Below are positions 50,599 through 60,573 of a stretch of DNA of 64,000 nt, one piece after another (position 1 is the stretch's first letter; each line of letters begins with the position of its first letter). The stretch comes from Candidatus Eremiobacteria bacterium. Its GTDB lineage: Bacteria > Vulcanimicrobiota > Vulcanimicrobiia > Vulcanimicrobiales > Vulcanimicrobiaceae. The DNA lies in assembly GCA_963737065.1 (NCBI GenBank), contig CAVTRC010000001.1:512001-576000 (forward strand), given 5' to 3'. The notes beneath the pieces were generated by a model. That model searched no databases. It saw only the letters and a program-made list of their open reading frames with translations, and had not been told where the DNA came from. The position numbers and the translations under genes were made by a program.

Positions 50599-51378
50599 AT
50601 GGCAGCTCGCATGCCGGTAATGTTCTTCGGCCATGGCAATCCGCTCAATGCGATCGACGACAACGTCTACACGAGAGAATGGAATGCGATCGGCGTTTCG
50701 CTGCCGCGACCGCGGGCGATCGTCTGCGTCTCGGCGCACTGGTACATCCCAGCGACGCATGTAACCGCGAACGATTATCCCCGAACGATTCACGACTTCG
50801 GCGGCTTCCCACGCGACTTGTATCAGATGCAGTATCCCGCACCCGGCAGCCGCGCACTCGCGGAGGCGGTCGCCGCGATGCTTTCGCCGACGCACGTGCG
50901 CGGCGACGAGTCGTGGGGTTTAGACCACGGAGCATGGGCCGTACTTTGTCATGTCTTTCCGGACGCGTCGATTCCGGTCGTTCAACTCAGCATCGATGAA
51001 ACGAAGCCGCCGCCGTTCCACTACGATATCGGAACGCGCTTGCGCGCGCTTCGCGATGAAGGCGTACTGATCGCGGCAAGCGGAAATATCATTCATAACC
51101 TGCATGCGTACGCGTGGGGCCGGCATCCCGCAAAAGCGTTCGAGTGGGCGCTGCGCTTCGAAACGCAAGCGCGCAAACTGCTCGCCGAGCGGGACTTTAC
51201 GCCGCTAATCGACTACGAAGATATGGGCAAAGACGCGCAACTCGCGGTCCCGACACCGGACCATTATTTACCGTTGCTCTACGCGATGGGAGCCTCCGAC
51301 GACAACGACGGCGTGACGTTTCCCGTTGAAGGTATCGACGGCGGCTCCGTCTCGATGCTCAGCGTCCGCTTCGGCTAA
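50599..51378 (+). CDS. ygiD: 4,5-DOPA extradiol dioxygenase (LigB family)
   Basis: GHGNP, VSAHW, TIHDFGGFP, GLDHGAW, SGNIIHNL, PTPDHYLPL. Confidence 0.9.
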   Translation: MAARMPVMFFGHGNPLNAIDDNVYTREWNAIGVSLPRPRAIVCVSAHWYIPATHVTANDYPRTIHDFGGFPRDLYQMQYPAPGSRALAEAVAAMLSPTHVRGDESWGLDHGAWAVLCHVFPDASIPVVQLSIDETKPPPFHYDIGTRLRALRDEGVLIAASGNIIHNLHAYAWGRHPAKAFEWALRFETQARKLLAERDFTPLIDYEDMGKDAQLAVPTPDHYLPLLYAMGASDDNDGVTFPVEGIDGGSVSMLSVRFG

Positions 51379-51380
51379 CG

Positions 51381-51911
51381 TTACTTGCTTTCGGCGGCGA
51401 CCTGCGACTCGGTCACGGCGCTCGCGCTATTTCCCCACGACGAACGAACGTACGTAATGACCGCGGCGATATCGCCGTTGGAGAGTTGTTGTCCCCACGC
51501 CGGCATCATGCCGTTGTATGTCGTGCCGTGCACTTGGACTTTGCCGTTCAAGCCGTACTTGACGATATGGATGACCTTCGTTGCATTACCGGTGACAACC
51601 GGGTTCCCCGCAAGCGGCGGGAACGTGCCGGGGACGCCTTGGCCTTTGGCCTGATGGCAGCTCGAGCAATTCGTCTGAAAGACTTTTGCTCCGTCGCTCG
51701 CGGACGCGCCATTCGCAGCGACCGATGCGCCCGCTGCCGGCGATGCAGCGCTGCTCATCGCGTTCTCGCCGGTTGCCGTCTCGGCCGGCGCCGCCGATGC
51801 GCCTTGCTCCGTCGTTGTCGTGGTCGAGGACGATTGCGATCCTTTCGAACATGCGCCGAGCGCCACCAGCGCTGCAAGCGAGAGAATGCCGATCTTGGTG
51901 AAACGCTCCAT
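51381..51911 (-). CDS. Monoheme cytochrome c lipoprotein
   Basis: LGAC lipobox, CSSCH, FPPLAG, YNGMMP. Confidence 0.9.
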   Translation of the reverse strand: MERFTKIGILSLAALVALGACSKGSQSSSTTTTTEQGASAAPAETATGENAMSSAASPAAGASVAANGASASDGAKVFQTNCSSCHQAKGQGVPGTFPPLAGNPVVTGNATKVIHIVKYGLNGKVQVHGTTYNGMMPAWGQQLSNGDIAAVITYVRSSWGNSASAVTESQVAAESK

Positions 51912-52029
51912 GAACGTCGATGCCCCTTTCACTCCAAACAATATTCAGCGTGGTTGCGTTAGCGCCACGATTTCTGCACTCCTCGTGTACGGCCCGCGCG
52001 GTCGAGCGCGACATCGTCGTCCGGGGGCG

Positions 52030-53298
52030 CTACGGCGATGACGTTGAGAGCGCCTGCGGTCGTGCGCACAGACGCGAGCTCATCGCCCAAACCAGCGCGA
52101 CGAGCAAAAAGTTTGCGACGAGCGAACTGCCGCCGTATGACAGAAACGGAAGCGTAATACCGGTCAAGGGAAACAGGCCGATCACACCACCGATGATGAT
52201 GAAGACCTGAAAGCCGAGCGTCGAGCCCATGCCAACCGCGAGCAACTTGCCGTACAGCGCCGGTTGTTCCGCACCTGCGCGAAGCATGCGACGTACGAGC
52301 ACGAGAAACACCGCAACGACCGCAAACGCTCCAATCAATCCGAATTCCTCCGAATACGCCGCGTACACATAGTCGGTTGCGACGTCGGGAATGAATCCCG
52401 GATGGCCTAAACCGAAACCGGTTCCAAAGAGCCCGCCTGCCGCGAGCGCATAATACGCCTGCGACGACTGGTACCCCGCACCGAGCGGATCGCTAAACGG
52501 ATCGTTCCACACCGCGATGCGCGTCTGCACGTACGGATAGTGATGCACGGCCCAAAAAACGACGACCGCGAAAACAACGATGCCGCCGAGCACGAGATCG
52601 ATTCGTCGCGTCGCAACGTAGAGCAGCGCAGCGAACGTTGCAAGCAGGAGGGTCGCCATGCCCAAGTCTCGCTGCACCACGAGAATCGCCATCGAGCTGC
52701 CCCACCCCAAAAACAGCGGTCCTAGATAGCGGAGATTGGCGCGAACCGACCACGGCCTGGAATTCGCGATAACGTCGGCATTTTCGGCAAGATACGCGGC
52801 GAGGAAAAATACGATGAAGAGCTTGATCAGTTCGATCGGTTCGTATTGAATCGAACCGATGCGAATCCACAGCCGCGCACCGTTGGCTTCTTGCCCGAAA
52901 ACGAGCAAGAGAATGAAGAGCAACAGCGAGGCGACAACCCACAAATATTTGTAAGCGGCAAATTTCCGGAAATGCGTAAAGAGCGGGCCCAGACCGATCG
53001 CAAGTACAAGTGAGACGAGCAGCCACCACTGTTGTTTCTGCGCAAGATCCGGCGAGAGACGCGCGACCAATGCAAGCCCGAGCGCGGAAAGCACGATCGC
53101 AATCGCCGGAATGATGTCGTCGCGAACGGCGTTGACCGGCTGCCACATAACCCAAAGCGCGGCGAGCGCCGCAAGCACGAGCCCGAGCCATGCGGGCCGC
53201 AACGCGCCGACGGGAGCGTACGACAGAATAAAACCGGCAATCACTAACGCGATTGCAACGGTGATCGCGCGCCGCGCGATCAGACCTACCTCAGCCAC
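52030..53298 (-). CDS. SEDS family protein (RodA/FtsW)
   Basis: NGARLWI, EPIELIK, QRDLG, ATDYVY...EEFG, PLTGITLPFLSYGGSS. Confidence 0.92.
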   Translation of the reverse strand: MAEVGLIARRAITVAIALVIAGFILSYAPVGALRPAWLGLVLAALAALWVMWQPVNAVRDDIIPAIAIVLSALGLALVARLSPDLAQKQQWWLLVSLVLAIGLGPLFTHFRKFAAYKYLWVVASLLLFILLLVFGQEANGARLWIRIGSIQYEPIELIKLFIVFFLAAYLAENADVIANSRPWSVRANLRYLGPLFLGWGSSMAILVVQRDLGMATLLLATFAALLYVATRRIDLVLGGIVVFAVVVFWAVHHYPYVQTRIAVWNDPFSDPLGAGYQSSQAYYALAAGGLFGTGFGLGHPGFIPDVATDYVYAAYSEEFGLIGAFAVVAVFLVLVRRMLRAGAEQPALYGKLLAVGMGSTLGFQVFIIIGGVIGLFPLTGITLPFLSYGGSSLVANFLLVALVWAMSSRLCARPQALSTSSP

Positions 53299-54035
53299 GC
53301 AGTCGTCAACAGCAATCCAAGAACGAACGTCAGACCGGCAACGGTGCTTTGTATGCAAAGGTCCGGCCGTAGCGGTGCCTTCACCGCCGTTACGATTTCA
53401 TCTACAGCGCGATCGCCGTCGTCAAAGCGCACGACGAGCATGTGTTCGTTGACGCCCGCTTCCTCGACATGCGCGATGAGCGCGCGCCGGTCGACTTCAC
53501 CGCGCACACGATGTCCCATCAGGATCATGACGTCACCCGAATCAACCGCGACGCTCGATACGGACACGTCGAGCGAGGCGGCAGCGCCGAGCGCGCGTGA
53601 GAGCAGCGGTGTGGCGGCCTCCAGCGCATCTTCCGCCGTCAGCGCAGTAACGTCGCCCCGGTGTGCGAGATACGCGGCGGTGCCGCCGCTGTGAATGACA
53701 TACGCGTGTCCACGAACGACGAGCGTCGCGGTCAGCGAACAGCCGGCGGTAACGTAATCGTCATGCGATGCGCTGCGCGAAAAGATGTCGTCGTTCACAC
53801 GCGAGAGGACGGCGAGAACCGCCGTTGCGGCCGCCTGCGGCCGATCGATCGCGCGGCGGAACCGCTCGGCTTTCAGCCGTCGCTCGCACTCACCGCGCAC
53901 GCGCGCAAGGGTTGCGGGCGCCGCGGCGACGCCGTCGATCGTTCCGAAGCCCCGCGCAACCGCGAACAGCCAGGAGCGCGTCCCGAGCTGCAACGACAAA
54001 CACGACGCGCGATCACCACGAATCGCTACGTCCAT
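53286..54035 (-). CDS. PP2C/PstP-like protein lacking the metal-binding aspartates, with a C-terminal TM
   Basis: Position between the FHA gene and rodA. LFAVARGFG, GCSLTA, HSGGTAAY, LLSRALG. Confidence 0.65.
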   Translation of the reverse strand: MDVAIRGDRASCLSLQLGTRSWLFAVARGFGTIDGVAAAPATLARVRGECERRLKAERFRRAIDRPQAAATAVLAVLSRVNDDIFSRSASHDDYVTAGCSLTATLVVRGHAYVIHSGGTAAYLAHRGDVTALTAEDALEAATPLLSRALGAAASLDVSVSSVAVDSGDVMILMGHRVRGEVDRRALIAHVEEAGVNEHMLVVRFDDGDRAVDEIVTAVKAPLRPDLCIQSTVAGLTFVLGLLLTTAWLR

Positions 54036-54445
54036 GGACGCAATTTCTCCACGAGCAATCGAGTCGTACCCACATCGACTTGGTCTCCCTCGCGCAACTC
54101 GATGGCGCTCGTTAGCCGCCGTCCGTTGAGAAACGTGCCGTTGCTGCTGTCCAAATCGCGGACGAAAACCGTGCCGTTTTGCGTTTCAAGCCGCGCGTGA
54201 CGGCGGCTGACCTCCGGATCGGCAAGGACGAGCTGCGCGTCCTGCCCGCGTCCGATAACGAGCGGGCACGTCGCCTCGAACGCGCGCTCATTGCCGACTT
54301 CGAGCACGCGCAGCTGCGCTTGAACCGGTGTCAGCACGCCGCCTTCCTCGGCGACTCGCACACGGGGACGTGCTGCAACGATTGCGACGGCAAAGAGCGC
54401 GGCGACGATCTCGAGCGATCCCAGGCGCGCATGCGCCACGTTCAT
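54026..54445 (-). CDS. Membrane-anchored FHA protein (FhaB-like)
   Basis: N-terminal TM. IGR...DPEVSRRHA...DLDSSNGTFLNG. Confidence 0.9.
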   Translation of the reverse strand: MNVAHARLGSLEIVAALFAVAIVAARPRVRVAEEGGVLTPVQAQLRVLEVGNERAFEATCPLVIGRGQDAQLVLADPEVSRRHARLETQNGTVFVRDLDSSNGTFLNGRRLTSAIELREGDQVDVGTTRLLVEKLRPWT

Positions 54446-55143
54446 TCGCGAGCCTCCAAACGCATCTGGGTGTTGCCGAACGTCAAGACGTCGCCCGAAA
54501 CCAAGCGGCGCGTTCCGGTGATACGTTGGCCGTTGACGAACGTGCCGTTGGTCGAGCCGAGATCGCTGACCGCGACGTCATCGTGCTTCACGTCAATGGA
54601 GGCATGCGTACGCGAGACGCTCGGATCGACGAGGAAGACATCACTCTCTTCGTGGCGGCCGATCGACGCGACGCCGTCGATGAAGTAGACACCGTACGCC
54701 GGCACGCCTTTGATCATACGTAAATGATAACGCTTCGGAGCCGCGAGCGCAGGGGCGTCGGGAATCGAAATCGTCACGTCGCTCGCGACCGCAACGTCGA
54801 CCATTCCGAGCGGAATACCGGGACGCGCCTGCATCTCGACACTCGGGCCACCGTCGAAGAAATAGACGCCGACGCGCGCGGCCATATCGCGCAGAAGCTC
54901 GGCCCACTCGCGCTCAAGATACGCGCGGTGCTCCGCGAGGCGCTCGAAGTCTTCTGCATTCATGTAGACAAGATACGAGCCCGGCGCGAGCAGATGCCCG
55001 TCCTGACCGCGCGTGCGCGCTTCCATCGTTGCAACGAGTTTCCGCGCGACTTGCGCGGGTTCGAGATCGCTCGGAAACGTTTTCGCAAACGTTCGCTCGA
55101 TGAACGCAGCACAAGCTTGTTCTATGCGCGCAAACCAGCTCAC
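54442..55143 (-). CDS. DUF3662 plus FHA protein (FhaA-like)
   Basis: LEPAQVARKL..TME N-domain. IGR...VSRTHA...STNGTFVNG. Confidence 0.88.
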   Translation of the reverse strand: MSWFARIEQACAAFIERTFAKTFPSDLEPAQVARKLVATMEARTRGQDGHLLAPGSYLVYMNAEDFERLAEHRAYLEREWAELLRDMAARVGVYFFDGGPSVEMQARPGIPLGMVDVAVASDVTISIPDAPALAAPKRYHLRMIKGVPAYGVYFIDGVASIGRHEESDVFLVDPSVSRTHASIDVKHDDVAVSDLGSTNGTFVNGQRITGTRRLVSGDVLTFGNTQMRLEARE

Positions 55144-55167
55144 GGTAGACAACGAACCGGCAGTATA

Positions 55168-56499
55168 CTACCGGCGCTCCAGTCGCGCGATGAAGAACCC
55201 GTCTCGGCCGCCGATTCCCGGCGCAACGCACACGTCGCCGTCATCGGTGAGCAAGGGCTCGTAGCGAGCGGGGATAAGACCTCGCTCGAAATTGTGATGA
55301 CGGCGGAGCCATTCAACGATCTCGATCGTCTCCCGCGGATCCGTAGAGCACACGGCGTACACGAGTGCGCCGCCTTCATGGACTGCCGGCGCGATCCGGT
55401 CGAGAATCGCGCGCTGTGTCTGCGAAAGACGTTCGCCGTCACCCGGCTGCTTCTTCCAGCGCGCCTCCGGGTGCCGCCCGAGAACGCCGATGCCCGAGCA
55501 CGGGGCATCAATCAAGATCCGGTCAAATCGCTGCTCGGGAGCGAGCAGCTCGGTAGCCGCGTCACCGATCACGACGCCGGCCGGCACACCGGCCTGTTCA
55601 AGGCGCTGCCGGAGCGTCTCGGCTTTGCGGTCGTCGATCTCGATGCATAGCATCGAGCCACGGCCGGCGAGGCGCGTGCCGATCTGTAGCGCCTTGTTTC
55701 CGCGTCCGCTGCATACGTCGAGGATCGCCTCTTCCGGCTGCGGGTTGAGCACGTCGGCCGGCATCGCGCTGCTCTCTGACTGAATCCACCACGCGCCCGC
55801 GGCGGAGAGCTCATTGCGCCGCGCGTATCCGCCGTCGGCCACCGCGAGCGATTCGGGAACCAACCGCGACGCTTGCGTATCGACACCAGCTTCCCGAAAA
55901 CGTTCCGCGACGTCGCCGGGCTGCGTCTGGAGCGTGTTGATCGTAATCGACGTACGCGCGGGCTCATTCACGCCCGCGCAAATCTCTGCGACGCGTTCCG
56001 GAAATGCCGTACGCCATTGACGAACGATCCACGTCGGTAACGAGTATCGCGTTCCCAGATAGTCGTCGTCGCTGTCGAAGTCTTCGGGCATCGGCTCGTG
56101 CGGCCGGTCTCGCAGGAACGAACGCAACACGCCGTTGACGAGATTCGCAACGCCACGATGTCCGTGACGCTTTGCGAGGTTGACGAATTCGAAGACGGTC
56201 GCATGTTCGTCGGGGTTCGTATACACGAGCTCGAAGACGGCAAGGCGCAAAATTTCCCGTATGACGGGCGGCAGCGATCGGGCGCGTTCACCGACGAACG
56301 GATGCAGATACCAGTCCACCGCGCGGCGCATTTTGATCGCGCCGTATGCGAGCTCGGTTGCGAAGGCTCGATCGCGCGGCGAAAGATTCGCTTTACGGGC
56401 GCGATAGTCGAGCGACTCTTGCGCGCCGCGTTCGCGTCCCGTTCCGTTCTGCACAAACACATCACGAACGGTGTGCAGGGCGACGTCGCGCGCGTTCAT
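55168..56499 (-). CDS. rsmB: 16S rRNA m5C967 methyltransferase
   Basis: NusB-like N-domain, LDVCSGRGNK, DAPCSG, YAVCS, DGFFIA. Follows fmt. Confidence 0.9.
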   Translation of the reverse strand: MNARDVALHTVRDVFVQNGTGRERGAQESLDYRARKANLSPRDRAFATELAYGAIKMRRAVDWYLHPFVGERARSLPPVIREILRLAVFELVYTNPDEHATVFEFVNLAKRHGHRGVANLVNGVLRSFLRDRPHEPMPEDFDSDDDYLGTRYSLPTWIVRQWRTAFPERVAEICAGVNEPARTSITINTLQTQPGDVAERFREAGVDTQASRLVPESLAVADGGYARRNELSAAGAWWIQSESSAMPADVLNPQPEEAILDVCSGRGNKALQIGTRLAGRGSMLCIEIDDRKAETLRQRLEQAGVPAGVVIGDAATELLAPEQRFDRILIDAPCSGIGVLGRHPEARWKKQPGDGERLSQTQRAILDRIAPAVHEGGALVYAVCSTDPRETIEIVEWLRRHHNFERGLIPARYEPLLTDDGDVCVAPGIGGRDGFFIARLERR

Positions 56500-57359
56500 G
56501 TGGGTTTGCGCTGATCGGGGAAACCCGCGTTCTCGCGATCGGTCCGCGACCGGCGATACGCCTCGCCCGACATGCGTCCGCGATTGGGCGCAATGACTTC
56601 ATCGAGCACGAGCGCGCCGTCTTCAACATGCGCGCGCAAGATTTTGATGGTCTCGCCATCGACGTCCATGCGCGCACCGGGTTGCGGTGAAAATGCACGC
56701 ACGGCCGCGACGATCCGCTCCGGATGCCATAGTGGGTCGATCGTGAGATCGTCTTTCGAAATCGGAGCGGTGATGTTCGGCTCACCGGTTTGTGGAGCCC
56801 GCGGTAACACGCCCTTGTCCGCGAAATCGAGCGCTTCGCCGAGCAATTCGCCGCCGTAGAGCGCAAGTCTATCGTGCAGCGTGCCGTAGGTGTCATCCGG
56901 TTCGATCGGCACGCGTTCTTGCAGGACGATATCGCCGGTATCCATTCCCGCATCCATGAGCATGATGGTGACACCGGTTTCCGCGTCGCCGTTGCGCAAC
57001 GCCGTTTGAATCGGCGTCGCACCGCGATACAGCGGCAGAAGTGACGGATGAACGTTCAGTGCGCCGAGCTTTGGAAGATCGAGCAGCGTCTGCGGCAAGA
57101 TCCGCCCGTACGATGCGAGAGCGAAGAGATCGAACGACTCACCGGCGATCTCGTTCGCGAACTGCTTGAGGTTCGCCGGTTCGTACACGCGCAGGCTCAA
57201 ATCGACTGCGGCCTGCTTTACGGCTGTCGCGCGCAGTCGGTGTCCGCGTCCCGCGGGACGATCGGGCTGCGTGACGACGGCCGCGACGTTGGTTCGCGCG
57301 GCGAGCACGTGCAGACTCGGTACGGCAAACGCGCTCGCACCGAAAAACAGCGTGCGCAA
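56496..57359 (-). CDS. fmt: Methionyl-tRNA formyltransferase
   Basis: VVTQPDRPAGRG, NVHPSLLPLYRGATPI, MDTGDI. Confidence 0.95.
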   Translation of the reverse strand: MRTLFFGASAFAVPSLHVLAARTNVAAVVTQPDRPAGRGHRLRATAVKQAAVDLSLRVYEPANLKQFANEIAGESFDLFALASYGRILPQTLLDLPKLGALNVHPSLLPLYRGATPIQTALRNGDAETGVTIMLMDAGMDTGDIVLQERVPIEPDDTYGTLHDRLALYGGELLGEALDFADKGVLPRAPQTGEPNITAPISKDDLTIDPLWHPERIVAAVRAFSPQPGARMDVDGETIKILRAHVEDGALVLDEVIAPNRGRMSGEAYRRSRTDRENAGFPDQRKPT

Positions 57360-57373
57360 CGGTAGCGAGACTC

Positions 57374-57898
57374 CTAGATGGCTTCGGCTTGCGCGGCTTC
57401 GGCGATCTCGTGTTCTTCTTCCGTTTGCGGCTTGCGGATGTTCTTCGCTTTGTCGATGTAGAGCACGCCGTTGAGATGGTCGATCTCGTGCTGCAGGCAC
57501 TGGGCGAATAAGTCTTCGCCTTCCAAGCGAATCTTTTGCCCGTTACGATCTAGACCGCTCACCGCGACTTTACGGAAACGCGCGATCTCACCGACGTGTC
57601 CCGGAACCGAAAGGCAACCTTCCGTCATCTCGACTTCCTCTTCCGCGAGTTCGACCTTGGGGTTGATCACGACGGCCCGCTCGTGCACGTCGTCCTGCAC
57701 GTCCATGACGAACATCCGCTTCGAAACGTTCACTTGCGGCGCGGCGAGCCCGACGCCGGGCGCCGCGTACATCGTTTCGAACATATCTTCGATCAGCTGC
57801 TGAAAAAGCGGATCGGAAATTTCCTTCGGGTCGACTTTTTTGGCTACTTTGCGCAACGTCGGATGGCTATCGAGGACGATCTCGCGGATGTAGGGCAT
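57374..57898 (-). CDS. def: Peptide deformylase
   Basis: GVGLAAPQ, EGCLS, QHEIDHLNG. Confidence 0.97.
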   Translation of the reverse strand: MPYIREIVLDSHPTLRKVAKKVDPKEISDPLFQQLIEDMFETMYAAPGVGLAAPQVNVSKRMFVMDVQDDVHERAVVINPKVELAEEEVEMTEGCLSVPGHVGEIARFRKVAVSGLDRNGQKIRLEGEDLFAQCLQHEIDHLNGVLYIDKAKNIRKPQTEEEHEIAEAAQAEAI

Positions 57899-57948
57899 GG
57901 AGCCACTATTCTACACGGCAAAGTACGCGTTCATGCCCACGACGCCGA

Positions 57949-57978
57949 AACGGCCGGCGGTACCAACCGCCGGCCGTT
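57949..57978 (-). terminator. Terminator-like hairpin after the S53 gene
   Basis: AACGGCCGGCGGT-ACCA-ACCGCCGGCCGTT. Confidence 0.65.
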
Positions 57979-57997
57979 CCACGTATGAAGGCTGTCG

Positions 57998-60388
57998 TTA
58001 TAGCGCGTTCGCGAGCGCCCAGCCCTTCGGTGTGCCGATACCGGCGGCTTGGTTGTACTGCGACGCGTTGCACGAGTAGGCGATGTTATTGCCCGACGTG
58101 CACGGCGTGTAGTAGCTGCTATAGCCGGTCGACTTGAACAAGCTGTACAGCGTAGAGTTCAGCCATCCGAGCTTCGCGCCGTGGACCTGATCGGCTTCGA
58201 GGAAGAGCGCGACCGAAGCCGGCGACGACCACGAGGTGCCGAGGTACGACGCAAACGCGCCGCCCGTGTACACCGCGACGGGGTCGAACGGCAGCGAGAT
58301 ATCCGGCTGATTTCGACCGGAGGTAATCACACCGGCGATCCCGCTCTGCCAGCTGGGAAGCGCGACGATCGTCGAAACGCCGCCACCACCGTAACACATA
58401 CCGCTCGAGCTTCCGCACGCGGCGCTGCCCGCCGTTACGGTTTGCAATACGCCGGAGCTGTTGTACGTGAAGTTCACGCCGCCGATCGACGTGAAGTACG
58501 GATCGCCGGCCGGCGCACTAACGCCTTTCGCGTTGTCGTTGCTTCCGCATTCGTTCGAGCCCGAGTCGCCCGACGACGCCGAGAATTCAACGCCTTCGGC
58601 GGCGCCTTGTTGCGCGATCGAATTCGTCGCCGATTCAAATGACGGATCGCTCGATTCGCATCCGCCGAACGAGGAGTTCACGGCAACTGCTTTGCCGTCG
58701 CTCAGCGCTTGATTGTACGCGTCTTCGATCGCCTGATCGGTAAGCGAACCCATGTCGTAGACGATGATGTTCGCACCCGGCGCAAGCCCCGCAATCGTTT
58801 GCACGTCGAGGTCGGTCTCCGGATCGTCACCGCTGCCGCCGCCGTCGACGGCTTCATTCGTGACGGTTCCGGTTTGCGTAACGCCCGACGCCGAGAGGTA
58901 GCTTCTGAGGTAGCTCGTGTTCACCGGGTCGTCGATGATGACGGCCGCCGTGTAGCCCGCGCCGTTGCAGCCGTGCTGCACCGGGAAATCAAACGGCTTC
59001 GCAACACCGGTTGCAAGCGTCCCGCTCGAGTTCGAAAGCGGACCGTTGTCGGCTGCTGCGCCGTTGCAACCCGATCCCGGCGTCGACGTTGGTTGTGACG
59101 TCGGCGTCGACGTGGGCTGAGCGGTCGGCGTCGCCGTCGGGCCGGTGGTCGGCGTCGAGGTTGGTTTCGCCGTCGGCGTCGCGGTTGGGGACGGCGTCGG
59201 CGTCGAGCTGCCGCCGCTGAGGTTCAATGCCGTCGAGTCGATGAAGAAATCGGTCTCGTAGCTGCCGTTCTGTTGGGACGTCCACTTGATCTGCGCGCTC
59301 GTCCCCGCGAACGCCGACAGACTCACCGTTTGCTTCACATAATAGCCATTGGTCTGATTGACGTTCGAGAACGATTGCACGGTCGTGCCGTTCACCGTCA
59401 ACTTCAACGTGTCGATCGCCGAGTTCGGCTCGTTGCTGCCGATGTACAAGTAGTACGTCAGCGTTGCGCTGCACCCGGCCGGAATGTTGACGGTTTGCGA
59501 GAGCGTATCGGTTTCGGGCGACGTGTAGCCGTCCATCCATGCAAACCAGTTGCCTTGATAGGCATATGGCGAGTAACGATAGATGACTCCCGAGGACGCG
59601 CTCCAATTGCGATTACCCGATTCGAATCCGGGGTTGAGCAGCAATTGGCCCGAGCATCCCGATGCCATCGTGCGCATCGCCGCGGGCAATTCTTCGCTCG
59701 GCGATCCACCCGTCTGCTTCGAGCCGGGTTGCACGGTGATGTTGGGACGCGTTACGACGCCATCTTGATCGACTTGCGTCCGCGCAATGACGACGTTGCT
59801 AAGGGACGCCGTGTGCACGTACTGAGCGATTGACGCCGGGATCGTCGCCGGCTTGAGGTTCGCGAACCGCTGACCGTACTTGCCTTGGTTCACGTTGTGC
59901 ATTTCCGTGCTGAAGAAACGCTCGACGGTTGCGCTCGGCGCCTTTGCATCGACAATCGTGCGGTTCGGGTACCGCTTGGTGATCGTAAAGCCTGCCTTCT
60001 GGAGCGCGGCGACGACAGCTTGCTCTTGCTGCGCCGTGGGTGCATAGTACGCGTTGAACGCGGCCGGACTGAGAAATTGATGACCGCCGTTTCGGCCGCT
60101 CTGGGCGGCGATGAATGAATCCAGTTCTGCCTGATGGTTGTAATTGAGGACGATTGCGACGCTGACGGGCGCCGTCGGGGCACGCCGTCCGGCGTCGGAA
60201 AACGCTAGGCGGCCGCGCGTCATCGGAATGGAGATCGCCTGAGCCGTGGACTGGGGATTGTTCGTTTCGACCTGCGGGCCCGTCGATGAAGAGTTCACCG
60301 ACGGTAACGATGATTTTCCACCGCTACACGCCGCGAGGGCAAGGGCGAGAACAAGTGAACCCGCCACTGCCCTGTGGAGTCTTTGCAT
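57998..60388 (-). CDS. S53 (sedolisin/kumamolisin) peptidase lipoprotein with an internal accessory domain
   Basis: LAAC lipobox, pro-domain, ETDLD, SSGDSG, PDIS, GTSWSSP, YNQAAGIGTP. Confidence 0.88.
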   Translation of the reverse strand: MQRLHRAVAGSLVLALALAACSGGKSSLPSVNSSSTGPQVETNNPQSTAQAISIPMTRGRLAFSDAGRRAPTAPVSVAIVLNYNHQAELDSFIAAQSGRNGGHQFLSPAAFNAYYAPTAQQEQAVVAALQKAGFTITKRYPNRTIVDAKAPSATVERFFSTEMHNVNQGKYGQRFANLKPATIPASIAQYVHTASLSNVVIARTQVDQDGVVTRPNITVQPGSKQTGGSPSEELPAAMRTMASGCSGQLLLNPGFESGNRNWSASSGVIYRYSPYAYQGNWFAWMDGYTSPETDTLSQTVNIPAGCSATLTYYLYIGSNEPNSAIDTLKLTVNGTTVQSFSNVNQTNGYYVKQTVSLSAFAGTSAQIKWTSQQNGSYETDFFIDSTALNLSGGSSTPTPSPTATPTAKPTSTPTTGPTATPTAQPTSTPTSQPTSTPGSGCNGAAADNGPLSNSSGTLATGVAKPFDFPVQHGCNGAGYTAAVIIDDPVNTSYLRSYLSASGVTQTGTVTNEAVDGGGSGDDPETDLDVQTIAGLAPGANIIVYDMGSLTDQAIEDAYNQALSDGKAVAVNSSFGGCESSDPSFESATNSIAQQGAAEGVEFSASSGDSGSNECGSNDNAKGVSAPAGDPYFTSIGGVNFTYNSSGVLQTVTAGSAACGSSSGMCYGGGGVSTIVALPSWQSGIAGVITSGRNQPDISLPFDPVAVYTGGAFASYLGTSWSSPASVALFLEADQVHGAKLGWLNSTLYSLFKSTGYSSYYTPCTSGNNIAYSCNASQYNQAAGIGTPKGWALANAL

Positions 60389-60573
60389 GTACGCACCTCG
60401 TTGAAGCAGCAATAACGCATGCGCGCCGGCGCACGGTTAAACTACCGTAATGAAAATCGCGGAGTGCGCATAAGCGTAAACCCTCACGTAGATGCGTTTT
60501 GCACCTATGCTAGGGGCGGCAGGGGCTCAGCTGCCTCGTTCCCCGCCGTGCGAACCGATCGATCGCGACGTAC

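Noticed and set aside
59080..59205. GTCGGC-rich tandem repeats as a CRISPR or VNTR
   Set aside because: They encode the Pro/Thr linker of the S53 peptidase. No repeat-spacer array or cas gene was seen in the window.
60462..60490. dif-like site (GTGCGCATAA matches an XerC arm)
   Set aside because: No XerD arm (TTATGTTAAAT-like) follows.
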